Shown here piece by piece: positions 42,353 to 50,484 of a stretch of DNA of 64,000 nt. Positions within the stretch are counted from its first letter, which is position 1; every line of letters begins with the position of its first letter. Source of the DNA: an uncultured bacterium. GTDB taxonomy: Bacteria; JAUVQV01; DATDCY01. The position numbers and the translations under genes are program-made. The notes under the pieces were generated by a model. The model saw nothing but the letters and a program-made list of their open reading frames with translations. It had not been told where the DNA came from and did no database searches. The stretch spans positions 3,150 to 67,149 of the forward strand of contig CAZEOK010000003.1 of the NCBI GenBank assembly GCA_964513745.1, given 5' to 3'.

Positions 42353-43756
42353 CTATTTCCGGTCCAGGTTCAGGAATTCCGCGATCGCCGTCGCCGACGC
42401 CGGCAGGTCCACCGGGCGGTTCTGCAGTTCTTTTTTCGGTGTCACCTCGTACTCGGCGGGCAGGCTGCCCTCGAAGTACTTCTGCTGGAAGTCGGCGAAC
42501 TTGAGCTGGTGCGCGGTGGAGTCGACCACCACGCGCATCCCCGGCTCGATCACCTTCGCGCCGAGCGCGGCAGCCAGCCCGGCGACTCCCTCGCCGCCTT
42601 GCGTGCAGATCACGTGGCCGTGGCGGTTCGCGGTGAGCATCGCGTCCATGATCTGCTGCTCGCTGACCTCGACGACCGCGAAACGCTCGCGGAAGTGCTC
42701 CTCGACGAGGCGGCGGACTTTCGGGAAGGAGACGGGATTGCCGATCATCGCGGCCTGGGCGACGCTCGAGGTCACCTGCACCGGCTCGTAGGTGCCGCTC
42801 TTCCTCCAGAGGTAGACCGGGTTGGCATGGCGGCTCTGCACGCCGACGAGCAGCGGCAGCTTCCCGATCATCCCGAGGCGCTGCAGGTCGAGGAACCCCT
42901 CCATGACGGCGGTGACGTTGCCGGCGTTGCCGATCGGCACGACCACCGCCAGGTCCTCGGTGCGCCACCCGGCGTCCATCGCCACCTCGTAGGCGTAGGA
43001 CTTCTGCCCGTTGATCCGCACCGGGTTCTTGGAGTTGAGCAGGAAGACCTGGTAGTCGCGCGAGAGCTCCTCGACGATGCGCATGCAGTCGTCGAAGACG
43101 CCCGGGACCTGGATGACGGTGGCCCCGCTGCCGAGCGGCTGGGAGAGCTGCTGCGGCGTGACCTTCCCCGCGGGGAGCAGCACAACGGACTTGACCGTCC
43201 CCTTGGGCAGGTAGGCGAGATAGAGCGCGGCGGCGGCCGAGGTGTCGCCGGTGGAGGCGCAGATGCCGAGCACGTCGCGCACCCCCCAGCGCTTGATGGC
43301 GTGGTTCAGGTACGAGATCGCCGAGGCCATGCCGCGGTCCTTGAAGGAGGCCGAGGGGTTGAGGCCGTCGTACTTGATGAAGAAGGGGGCGCCGACCGAC
43401 GCAGCGAGATCGGCGTTGGCCGGGATCACCGGTGTGTGCCCCTCGCCGAGCCAGACGACGTCTGCCGGGGGGACGCAGGGGAGGATCAGCTCGTGAAAGC
43501 GGAAGATCCCTTTGAGCGAGGCCGGCTCGGGAGCCAGCGCCCGGTAGGCGAACAGGCGCCGCCAGAATTCGCCGCTTCTGCCTTTGAGCGTGTCGAAGGC
43601 GAGGTCGCGCAGCGAGAGCAGGCCGCCGCAGGCCGGGCAGGTGTAGGCGAAGCGCTCGATCGGGTGGCGGGCGGCGCAGGAGACGCACTCGTAGACGACG
43701 TCGCCCCGGTAGGTGGGGACGATGGCGTCGCGGACGTCGGCGGGGAAGTCGATCAT
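42353..43756 (-). CDS. thrC: threonine synthase (long form with N-terminal zinc ribbon)
   Basis: CVSC...CPACGG ribbon. PLP-lysine motif NPSASFKDRG. ASTGDTSAA and GNAGN motifs. AAGGAGGT RBS. Confidence 0.9.
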   Translation of the reverse strand: MIDFPADVRDAIVPTYRGDVVYECVSCAARHPIERFAYTCPACGGLLSLRDLAFDTLKGRSGEFWRRLFAYRALAPEPASLKGIFRFHELILPCVPPADVVWLGEGHTPVIPANADLAASVGAPFFIKYDGLNPSASFKDRGMASAISYLNHAIKRWGVRDVLGICASTGDTSAAAALYLAYLPKGTVKSVVLLPAGKVTPQQLSQPLGSGATVIQVPGVFDDCMRIVEELSRDYQVFLLNSKNPVRINGQKSYAYEVAMDAGWRTEDLAVVVPIGNAGNVTAVMEGFLDLQRLGMIGKLPLLVGVQSRHANPVYLWRKSGTYEPVQVTSSVAQAAMIGNPVSFPKVRRLVEEHFRERFAVVEVSEQQIMDAMLTANRHGHVICTQGGEGVAGLAAALGAKVIEPGMRVVVDSTAHQLKFADFQQKYFEGSLPAEYEVTPKKELQNRPVDLPASATAIAEFLNLDRK

Positions 43757-43835
43757 GGCCCGTTACCTCCTTGTTCGAGGCAGTGAGATTAGCATGAAAC
43801 GCCATCCGGGGAGGGGTTCGGTCTCCGTGCAGCCC

Positions 43836-43866
43836 CCCGTGCTGGCTGCGGGGTCCTGTCGCTGCG
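43836..43866 (+). repeat. REP-like element, full 31-nt copy
   Basis: cccgtgctggctgcggggtcctgtcgctgcg. 30/31 identical to 46984-47014. Confidence 0.8.
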
Positions 43867-44010
43867 CACCCCCGTCGGTGCTCGCGAGACGCTGCGCGCC
43901 GCCGGGGTCCCCTGCTTCGCGCCACCCCTTCGCCCAGCTTGAGACAAAGCTCCTGACACCGTCCAGGTTCTTCGAGAAGACTATCATGAAAGAAGTAAAG
44001 GAATCACCGC

Positions 44011-44553
44011 TCAAGGCTGGCCCGGGCCCCTGTTCTCGTCGGGGAGCGCGCCGAGGTACGGCAGGTTGCGGTACGTCTCGCGGTTGTCCAGGCCGTAGCC
44101 GACGAGGAAGCGGTCGGGGACCTCGAAGCCGGTGTAGCGGATCGGCAGCTTGGCGAGCCGCCGGACACGCCGGTCGAGCAGGGTGCAGACGGCGAGGCTG
44201 GCCGGTTCGCGCGCCTGGAGGGTGCGCACGAGATAGCCGAGGGTCAGGCCGGTGTCGACGATGTCCTCGACGAACAGCACGTCGCGGCCGGTGATCGCCA
44301 GGTCGAGGTCCTTCTCGATGCGCACCACGCCACCGCGCTTGCCCGCCCCGTAGCGCGTGATCGCCATGAAGTCGAGGTTGATCGGGACGGTGATGGCACG
44401 CGCCAGGTCCGCGAGGAAGATGAACGATCCCTTGAGGACCGAGACGAGGATCGGGGTGCGTCCCGCGTAATCGCGCGAGATCTCGGCTCCCAGTTCGAGC
44501 ACCCGCCGCCGCAGGTCCTCCTCGCTGATCACGACAGAAATATTTTCAGCCAT
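44011..44553 (-). CDS. hpt: hypoxanthine phosphoribosyltransferase
   Basis: Start MAENISVV at 44553. LKGSFIFLADL and PRPP motif VLFVEDIVDTGLTL. A TATAAT hexamer (44588-44593, minus strand) lies about 35 nt upstream. Confidence 0.9.
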   Translation of the reverse strand: MAENISVVISEEDLRRRVLELGAEISRDYAGRTPILVSVLKGSFIFLADLARAITVPINLDFMAITRYGAGKRGGVVRIEKDLDLAITGRDVLFVEDIVDTGLTLGYLVRTLQAREPASLAVCTLLDRRVRRLAKLPIRYTGFEVPDRFLVGYGLDNRETYRNLPYLGALPDENRGPGQP

Positions 44554-44780
44554 GTTGACTCCAAACGTTGCAAATTCTCCTCTGGGCATTATATTGGAAT
44601 TGGGCCCCGAGAGGTTGGAACGGCGGCGTCTTTGAGGGAACGGGACGAAGGCTGGCTCCAGAGCTTGAAACAGAGCCTGTGCCAGAAACAAAACGACCGT
44701 TAGGAGATTCCCTCAGAGAAGCGAAAAGCCAAGTACGGTCACTCGGGGCCGCTTGCTTTTCCCCTGCCGGCTTGTTTGCG

Positions 44781-45740
44781 CTACTCCATGCCAAACTTCT
44801 GCGCCAGCTTCCTGAAATCGCGACCGTAGAAGATCAGTAGCTTCTTGTCGGGGTAGAGTTCCCTGAAGAGGCGCACCTTGCGGTTCTTCTTCGTGACGAG
44901 GGACTGTCTCATCGTGGTAAGTTCGAGGTAGGTGTCCATCTCGTTGAGGTAAAAGTCCGGGGAGAAGCTTGACTTGACGCGGCCGTCCGGCCACCACTCG
45001 ATCGGGAAGGTCTCCGGCTCATACTCCCAGGGGATGCGATAGAAATCCAGGACTTTCGCGAATTCGACCTCGCTCTCGTTGGCGAAACGCGTAGCCGCGG
45101 GCGAGGTCGGGAGAGGCTCGAGAGGGATCTCCTTCACCCCCCGGGCGAGGGCGCAGGCCCGGAGCTGCTCGAAGCTCCCTGCTTGTGCCAGTCCGACGGC
45201 GTTTGCCGCAAGCTCTATCACGTGCGCCGCACCCTCGACGCCGAGCGTGTCGACACGTAGCGCAAGATCGTAGTGTTCGCCGCGCGTCAGGTCCTTGCCG
45301 GAGTAGCGCCGCACGAGCCGCCGCCGCTCCTGCTCCCGCCGCTGCAGCGCAGCGACGCCACGTCCGGCACCCTGCGCCTCGGAGGTCGCGAGACGGAAGT
45401 CGAGACCGGCGGTCAGACGCACGTGCAGCGCGCAGGGGCACCCGGCAAAGAGAAACTGGCCACCGAAGCCGAGGAGCACGAGATTTTCACGGAAGGCCAG
45501 GTGCCAGAGGATCCCTTCGGTGGCAGCGCGGACGGTTCGCTCCTCCTCGTCGGCCTGGCTTGCAAATTCCGCAGTGGACGGCTCGTGGAGCCGCCCGATG
45601 GCCGAGAGCAGGTCAAAGCTGTATAGCAGTTCGCGCATCAGCGGCCGGTCGACGAGGCGGAAGCCCAGACGCCGGGCGGCCTCGGCGGCGACGTCCTCGC
45701 CGCGGCAAGCCTCAAGGCGCGAGATAGTGACGATGGACAT
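44781..45740 (-). CDS. cytidylate kinase-like (PF13189-like) domain with degenerate P-loop, fused to an unknown C-terminal domain
   Basis: Start MSIVTISRLEACRGED at 45740. The N-terminal half parallels the paralogue at 49680-50480 but lacks GSGG. The C-terminal ~110 aa (FANESEVEF ... SPDFYL ... YLELTT ... KKNRK) is not recognised. Confidence 0.7.
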   Translation of the reverse strand: MSIVTISRLEACRGEDVAAEAARRLGFRLVDRPLMRELLYSFDLLSAIGRLHEPSTAEFASQADEEERTVRAATEGILWHLAFRENLVLLGFGGQFLFAGCPCALHVRLTAGLDFRLATSEAQGAGRGVAALQRREQERRRLVRRYSGKDLTRGEHYDLALRVDTLGVEGAAHVIELAANAVGLAQAGSFEQLRACALARGVKEIPLEPLPTSPAATRFANESEVEFAKVLDFYRIPWEYEPETFPIEWWPDGRVKSSFSPDFYLNEMDTYLELTTMRQSLVTKKNRKVRLFRELYPDKKLLIFYGRDFRKLAQKFGME

Positions 45741-45767
45741 ACGGTTCGGGGAACTATAGCGGGGGAA

Positions 45768-45792
45768 GGGGACAGATTTCAAATCTGTCCCC
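45768..45792. promoter_or_regulatory. perfect 25-bp palindrome GGGGACAGATTT-C-AAATCTGTCCCC in a divergent promoter region
   Basis: 12-bp arms. Lies between the divergent starts at 45740 (minus) and 45843 (plus). Followed by a second hairpin GGGCAAC-ggta-GTTGCCC at 45795-45812. Confidence 0.45.
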
Positions 45793-45842
45793 TTGGGCAA
45801 CGGTAGTTGCCCCCGCCGCCGCCCCGGGGGTAGAGTACGACC

Positions 45843-46166
45843 ATGGCAGCGCGTCAGCGGCTCCGCGACATGAAGGCCAAGGCGCCCGACGGCCGGTCCG
45901 TCTCCGAGATCGTCGGGGAGTTGCGCAGGAACCTGCCGACCTCGGACTACCGCGAGCAAAGCCTGCGGATCCATGGGCTCATCTGCGCGAAGTGCGCGCG
46001 CGAGTTCGAGGCCAAGGACCGCCACCTGCTCAGCGTGCACCACAAGGACGGCAACCACCGCAACAACCCGCCCGACGGCTCGAACTGGGAGAACCTGTGC
46101 GTCTACTGCCACGATGACGAGCACAGTCGCGGCGGCCTCGGGGAGTACTACCGAAAAGGCGGATGA
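45843..46166 (+). CDS. yajD: YajD family HNH nuclease
   Basis: CAKC ... HHKDGNHRNNPPDGSNWENLCVYCHDDEH, an HNH motif with a zinc-binding cysteine pair. Confidence 0.85.
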   Translation: MAARQRLRDMKAKAPDGRSVSEIVGELRRNLPTSDYREQSLRIHGLICAKCAREFEAKDRHLLSVHHKDGNHRNNPPDGSNWENLCVYCHDDEHSRGGLGEYYRKGG

Positions 46167-46969
46167 AAGAGATCTCCAGCTTTCGCAACCGCGCGCTCCA
46201 GCGCTATCGCGACCTGCGCGACTCAGGGGTGCGGCGACAGACGGGTTTAGCCGCGGCCGAGGGCTTCAACATCCTGCGCGAAGCGCTCCTCTCCAGGGCC
46301 GAACTTGTCCAGGTCTTCCTCAGCGAGCGGGCGCGACGCCGTCCCGACTTCGAGGATCTGGCCGCACGCCTTGAGACCGGCGAGGCCGCGGGGCGCTGGG
46401 AGTGCTACGCGATCCACGGCGAACTGCTCGAGCGCTCGGCGCACACCGAGAGCCCTCAGGGGGCGCTCGCCGTCTTCCGGCCGCGCGTGTTCACACTCGA
46501 AGAAGTTCTCGGCGGCGACGGCCCGGTCCTGCTGCTCGATCGGATCGCGGACCCCGGCAACCTCGGCCTCATCCTGAGGACCGCCGAGGCAGCAGGCGCT
46601 GCCGGGGTGGTCGTCTCGCCGGGGACGGCGGATCCGTGCAACCCCAAGTGCGTCCGGGCGAGTGCGGGGAGCATCTTCAGGTTCCCGATCGCTCACGCCG
46701 ATCTCGATGCGGCTGCCGCGGCGTTGGCGGCGAACGGCGGACGACTTTTCGCGACCTCGTCTCACGGAGGAGTGGTGTACACGGCCGCGGACCTCTCGGG
46801 ACGCATCGGGTTGCTTCTGGGCCAGGAGGGCGGGGGGCTCGCGCCGGCTTTGCTCGAGCGCTTCGAGGCGCTGCGCATCCCGACCGGGAGGGTCGAGTCG
46901 CTCAACGTGGCGATGGCGGCCGGCATCCTGCTCTACGAGGCCCGCCGCCAGAGAACCGCCCGCACCTGA
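46163..46969 (+). CDS. TrmH/SpoU family RNA 2'-O-methyltransferase
   Basis: ATGA overlap with yajD. DPGNLGLILRTAEAAG, LLLGQEGGGL and ESLNVAMAAGILLYE motifs. Confidence 0.85.
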   Translation: MKEISSFRNRALQRYRDLRDSGVRRQTGLAAAEGFNILREALLSRAELVQVFLSERARRRPDFEDLAARLETGEAAGRWECYAIHGELLERSAHTESPQGALAVFRPRVFTLEEVLGGDGPVLLLDRIADPGNLGLILRTAEAAGAAGVVVSPGTADPCNPKCVRASAGSIFRFPIAHADLDAAAAALAANGGRLFATSSHGGVVYTAADLSGRIGLLLGQEGGGLAPALLERFEALRIPTGRVESLNVAMAAGILLYEARRQRTART

Positions 46970-46983
46970 AACCAACGTCTGTT

Positions 46984-47014
46984 CCCGTGCGGGCTGCGGG
47001 GTCCTGTCGCTGCG
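46984..47014 (+). repeat. REP-like element, full copy (left arm of a ~104-nt composite palindrome)
   Basis: cccgtgcgggctgcggggtcctgtcgctgcg. Confidence 0.8.
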
Positions 47015-47056
47015 AGGGGGACCCCCGCCGCGCAGCGCAGTGAGCGGGCGGGGGTG

Positions 47057-47087
47057 CGCGGAGACAGGACCCCGACGGCTGGAACGG
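47057..47087 (-). repeat. REP-like element, diverged inverted copy (22/31, 12-nt core perfect)
   Basis: Reverse complement is ccgttccagccgtcggggtcctgtctccgcg. Together with 46984-47014 it flanks a CCCCGCC/GGCGGGG inner hairpin. Confidence 0.65.
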
Positions 47088-47100
47088 TTTGTGGATCGTT

Positions 47101-47898
47101 CTAGCCGGTCAAAGAAAGCGCCTCTTCCGGGCAGCGCCTGCGGCAGATGCCGCAGCCGTGGCAGCGCGCGGCGTCGATCGCCGCCTGACCGTCGACAATC
47201 GCCACCGCCCCGAACTGGCAGGCCTCGATACAGGCGCCGCAGCCGGTGCAGCGGGTTCCCTCGACGGTCGCTTTCTCCTCCCCGGGGAAATAGGTCGGGA
47301 GCCCGCGCCGCGTGTAGTTCACGGCGAGGCACCCGGACGGGTCGCAGTTGCAGATTCCACCGATGAACGGCGTGATGAACGTCCAGACCGTATGGATCGC
47401 CCCCTCGTCCTCCAGCGCAGTCATCTGGGCCAGCGCCGCCTCGGGGCTCACGCGCTCCATCCCGGCGACGAAGGGCGCGGCCTCCTCGCGCCTGCCGATC
47501 AGCTCGCGCATGCCGAGCCGGTCGGGCGAGGCGGCGATCAGGTAGCAGACCGCATTCTCCTTCTTCTCGAGGACCGTGCGGCAGACACAGGGGAGGCGGA
47601 CGACCTGCCCGGTGATCGCGAGGATCGCGGCCACGTCCTCGATCGGGAGCACCTGCCCGAAGTGCACTCCCTGCAGCTCCTTTGACTTGAGCCGGGAAAC
47701 CCGTCGCGCGAGTCGCGGGCTGACCCGGTTGGCCCGGTCGAGCACCCGTAGCCAGCGCCCGGCGTTGGCGGTCATTTCGGGGATGAAGTCCTCGACGTAC
47801 TTGGCCCGCCGTGCATCGTGGAGCAGCTCTTCGGCATAGTTGCCTGCCTTGAGGTACCACTTTTTGCCGTCGCCGTGTTGGACGCAAAAATCACACAT
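47101..47898 (-). CDS. 4Fe-4S dicluster domain-containing protein (function unknown)
   Basis: N-terminal MCDFCVQHGDGKKWY and mid-protein Cys cluster CNCDPSGC. C-terminal CTGCGACIEAC ... CHGCGICRRRCP ferredoxin motifs. Confidence 0.8.
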   Translation of the reverse strand: MCDFCVQHGDGKKWYLKAGNYAEELLHDARRAKYVEDFIPEMTANAGRWLRVLDRANRVSPRLARRVSRLKSKELQGVHFGQVLPIEDVAAILAITGQVVRLPCVCRTVLEKKENAVCYLIAASPDRLGMRELIGRREEAAPFVAGMERVSPEAALAQMTALEDEGAIHTVWTFITPFIGGICNCDPSGCLAVNYTRRGLPTYFPGEEKATVEGTRCTGCGACIEACQFGAVAIVDGQAAIDAARCHGCGICRRRCPEEALSLTG

Positions 47899-47900
47899 AG

Positions 47901-47929
47901 TTGCACTTGTCCATATTTTGCAATAGTAT
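47901..47929 (+). promoter_or_regulatory. candidate sigma-70 promoter TTGCAC-N17-TAGTAT
   Basis: AT-rich patch about 100 nt upstream of the start at 48027. Confidence 0.35.
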
Positions 47930-48026
47930 TACACATCTCTCACGACACGAGACCACCATTACAGGAACATCGCCCCTCGTGACGGGCATCCGGAGCACGG
48001 GGCTTCTCACCCAAGGAGGACGCGCC

Positions 48027-48494
48027 ATGGCAAAAGCAAAGAAGACGACCCCGACCCCGAAGTCAGCACCCGCCGACAAGACTACTCCGGCACCGAAAGC
48101 GGAGCGGCCTCGTCGGAAGGCTTCGGCGGCGAAGGCGGCACCGGCGGCCAGGGCGAAGAAGACCCCCGAAGCCAAGCCGGCCAAGCCGGCGGGCATCGCG
48201 AAGCGCTATCTCAAGGACCGCCCCGTCTGCAAGGTGACCTTTGTGCTGCCGAAGGACGCAGCCCCCGAGGCGGAGTCGGTCTGCATTCTCGGCGAGTTCA
48301 ACAACTGGGCCCCGGACGCGAACCCCCTCGCGAAGCTCGAGGGGGGCGATTTCACGGTCACCCTCGAGCTCGAAACCGGTCGTGCCTATCGCTTCCGCTA
48401 CATGATCGACGGCTGGAAGTACGAGAACGACTGGTACGCTGACCGCTACGAGCCAAATCCCTACGGCGGCGAAGACTCCGTCGTCGACGTCTAG
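48027..48494 (+). CDS. CBM48 / isoamylase early-set (glycogen-binding-like) domain protein with Lys/Ala/Pro-rich N-terminal tail
   Basis: AAGGAGGA RBS. About 60 aa of KAP-rich low-complexity sequence, then VTFVLP ... ILGEFNNW ... YRFRYMIDGWKYENDW. Confidence 0.7.
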   Translation: MAKAKKTTPTPKSAPADKTTPAPKAERPRRKASAAKAAPAARAKKTPEAKPAKPAGIAKRYLKDRPVCKVTFVLPKDAAPEAESVCILGEFNNWAPDANPLAKLEGGDFTVTLELETGRAYRFRYMIDGWKYENDWYADRYEPNPYGGEDSVVDV

Positions 48495-48621
48495 GTCGTC
48501 GGCCGATAAGGGCCAGCCTGCCGCGTTCCGCGCGCGCCACGCGTTCGGATCCTTTTCGCCGGCTTCCCCAGGCAGGGGCAACGAGCGCTTCTGTAAGGGT
48601 ATGTAGTATTCTGACCAGCAT

Positions 48622-49647
48622 ATGAGTTCCTCCGTTCTGTCGGCAGGAAGCGCTCTGGTTGGCAATCCCGCAAGGATCGTCGTGCGGGCTCCCAACTGGC
48701 TGGGCGACCTGATGATGGCCACGGGAGTGCTGCGGGCGATCCTCGAGCGCTGGCCGGCGGCGTCGGTCGATCTGATCGTGCGCGCGGGTCATGAGGCGCT
48801 CCCGTTGCCTCGGCGCGGGCGGGTCGTCCCGTTCAATCCCGGAACGATTTCGGCAGGGGTTTTCGGCCTCTCCCTGCGTGCGGCGGGTTACGACCGTTTC
48901 TATGTCCTGCCCCCGAGCTTCTCGTCGGCGTGGATGGCCTGGCGCAGCCGGGTTCCCGAGCGCGTCGGATACCGCGGGCATCTCCGGGGACTGCTGTTGC
49001 GCCCGGGAGTCGCGCCCCGGGAGCCTGCGCGTGGCGTTCATATCACGCGCGAGTTCCTCGACCTGATCGACCCAGGGCTCGACACCGACTGCTATCCGCC
49101 CCGGCTGGATCTCCCGGGAACCTGGGTTGCGGCGCAGCTGGCCCGAATCTGCCGCGAGTTGCCGGAGCGGTTCGTCGCGATTGCCCCGGGAGCGGTGTAT
49201 GGACCGGCGAAAGCCTGGCCTGCCGAGCGTTACGCGGAGCTGGCGCGCGGCCTGCGTGGCCGGACCGGCATGCCGGTGCTGCTGCTCGGCACGGCGGACG
49301 AACATGCGCTTGGCGAGCGGGTCCGCGATGCGGGGGAGGGCATCCTCAATTGGTGCGGCGCGACGGACCTGCCCGCCCTGGTCGCCGTGCTCTCCCGCGC
49401 GGCGCTGCTCGTGAGCAACGACTCGGGTGCGATGCATGTTATGGCCGCGCTCGGGCGCCCGCAGGTGGCGATCTTCGGCTCGACATCAAAGACGTGGACC
49501 GGCCCGGTCAACGCGAAGGCAACGGTCGTCACGCACGAGCTGCCGTGCGCGCCCTGCTTCGCGCGCACCTGCCGGTATGGGCATGGCGACTGCCTCGGGA
49601 AGATCACGGCCGCGCAAGTCCTGGAGGGGGCGCTGGCGAGTCTCTGA
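48622..49647 (+). CDS. waaF: lipopolysaccharide heptosyltransferase II (GT9)
   Basis: IVVRAPNWLGDLMMA ... IAPGAVYGPAKAWPAERY ... NDSGAMHVMAALGRP ... CAPCFARTC. Confidence 0.85.
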   Translation: MSSSVLSAGSALVGNPARIVVRAPNWLGDLMMATGVLRAILERWPAASVDLIVRAGHEALPLPRRGRVVPFNPGTISAGVFGLSLRAAGYDRFYVLPPSFSSAWMAWRSRVPERVGYRGHLRGLLLRPGVAPREPARGVHITREFLDLIDPGLDTDCYPPRLDLPGTWVAAQLARICRELPERFVAIAPGAVYGPAKAWPAERYAELARGLRGRTGMPVLLLGTADEHALGERVRDAGEGILNWCGATDLPALVAVLSRAALLVSNDSGAMHVMAALGRPQVAIFGSTSKTWTGPVNAKATVVTHELPCAPCFARTCRYGHGDCLGKITAAQVLEGALASL

Positions 49648-49679
49648 GCCACTCGTACACGCACCCTTTCGCCGGCTAT

Positions 49680-50480
49680 CTAGCGGTAGTGCAGGTCGAA
49701 GCGCACCGGGTGCTCCCCGGCGTGCGCTCGGACAGCCTCCTGAATCGGGTGTTTCTCCTCCGGGCGGTGGAGTACACAGCGTACGAGTATGCCCCCGCCT
49801 TCCTCGAGCACCTCGAGCGTCGGCAGCTGCAGGTGCGGGTCGGTGAAGAGCGCAGCGCGCACGCGGGCGGCGGCGAGGCGCAGGTCGAGCACCCGCCGTG
49901 CCGCTTCACGACCGGCCCGGTCGCGGTCAGAGAGGTGCGCGACGATGTCGGCTGTGACGGCCTCCGGATCGAGCAGGCTCGTGTCGCACGTCATCTCGTA
50001 GGCTGTCGGATCGTCCCACGGCCGGTGGTAGATGGCGCGGATGAAACCGGCGCGCTCGTGGTCGATCCGCTCGATCAACCGACGCACGCTGTCGTGGTCG
50101 GCGTGCTCGCGGCGCATGATGCGCTCGATGCGCGCGGCAAGCGGGGCGACGATGCGCACGTGCAGTGCGGTGGGGACGCCGGCGAGCAGAAAGGCGCCGC
50201 CGCGGCCGACGATGACGACGCGATCTCCCGCGGCAGCCTCGAGGATGTGGCGCTGTAACAGCGCAGCGTACCCGCGGAACGACCAGTCGAAGCGTTCCCA
50301 GAGCGAGGGCGTGTGCTCGTCGTACTCGTCGCCGAAGCGCTCCCATCTCGGGTCTGTCGTGCGCAGGGCGGCCAGCAGCGTGACGCGGTCCTCGTAGGCG
50401 TACCCGAGCCGCCCAGCCACCGCGCGCCCTATTTCCCGCCCGCCACTGCCGTACTCCCGGGAGATCGTGAGAATTGCCAT
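49680..50480 (-). CDS. cytidylate kinase-like family protein (PF13189-like)
   Basis: MAILTISREYGSGGREIGRAVAGRLGYAYEDR start at 50480, with an intact glycine-rich loop. Confidence 0.75.
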   Translation of the reverse strand: MAILTISREYGSGGREIGRAVAGRLGYAYEDRVTLLAALRTTDPRWERFGDEYDEHTPSLWERFDWSFRGYAALLQRHILEAAAGDRVVIVGRGGAFLLAGVPTALHVRIVAPLAARIERIMRREHADHDSVRRLIERIDHERAGFIRAIYHRPWDDPTAYEMTCDTSLLDPEAVTADIVAHLSDRDRAGREAARRVLDLRLAAARVRAALFTDPHLQLPTLEVLEEGGGILVRCVLHRPEEKHPIQEAVRAHAGEHPVRFDLHYR

Positions 50481-50484
50481 GGTG

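Noticed and set aside
44554-44780. Purine riboswitch or sigma-54 promoter (TGGCACaggctCTGT on the minus strand) in the 227-nt region upstream of hpt.
   Set aside because: No purine-riboswitch core motifs are present. The -12 element is CTGT rather than TTGC, and the site is far from the start. Only the TATAAT hexamer near the start looks meaningful.
41327-47087. Could the repeated 31-mers be a CRISPR array?
   Set aside because: The copies are kilobases apart and occur in both orientations, separated by ordinary genes. There are no regular spacers and no cas genes.
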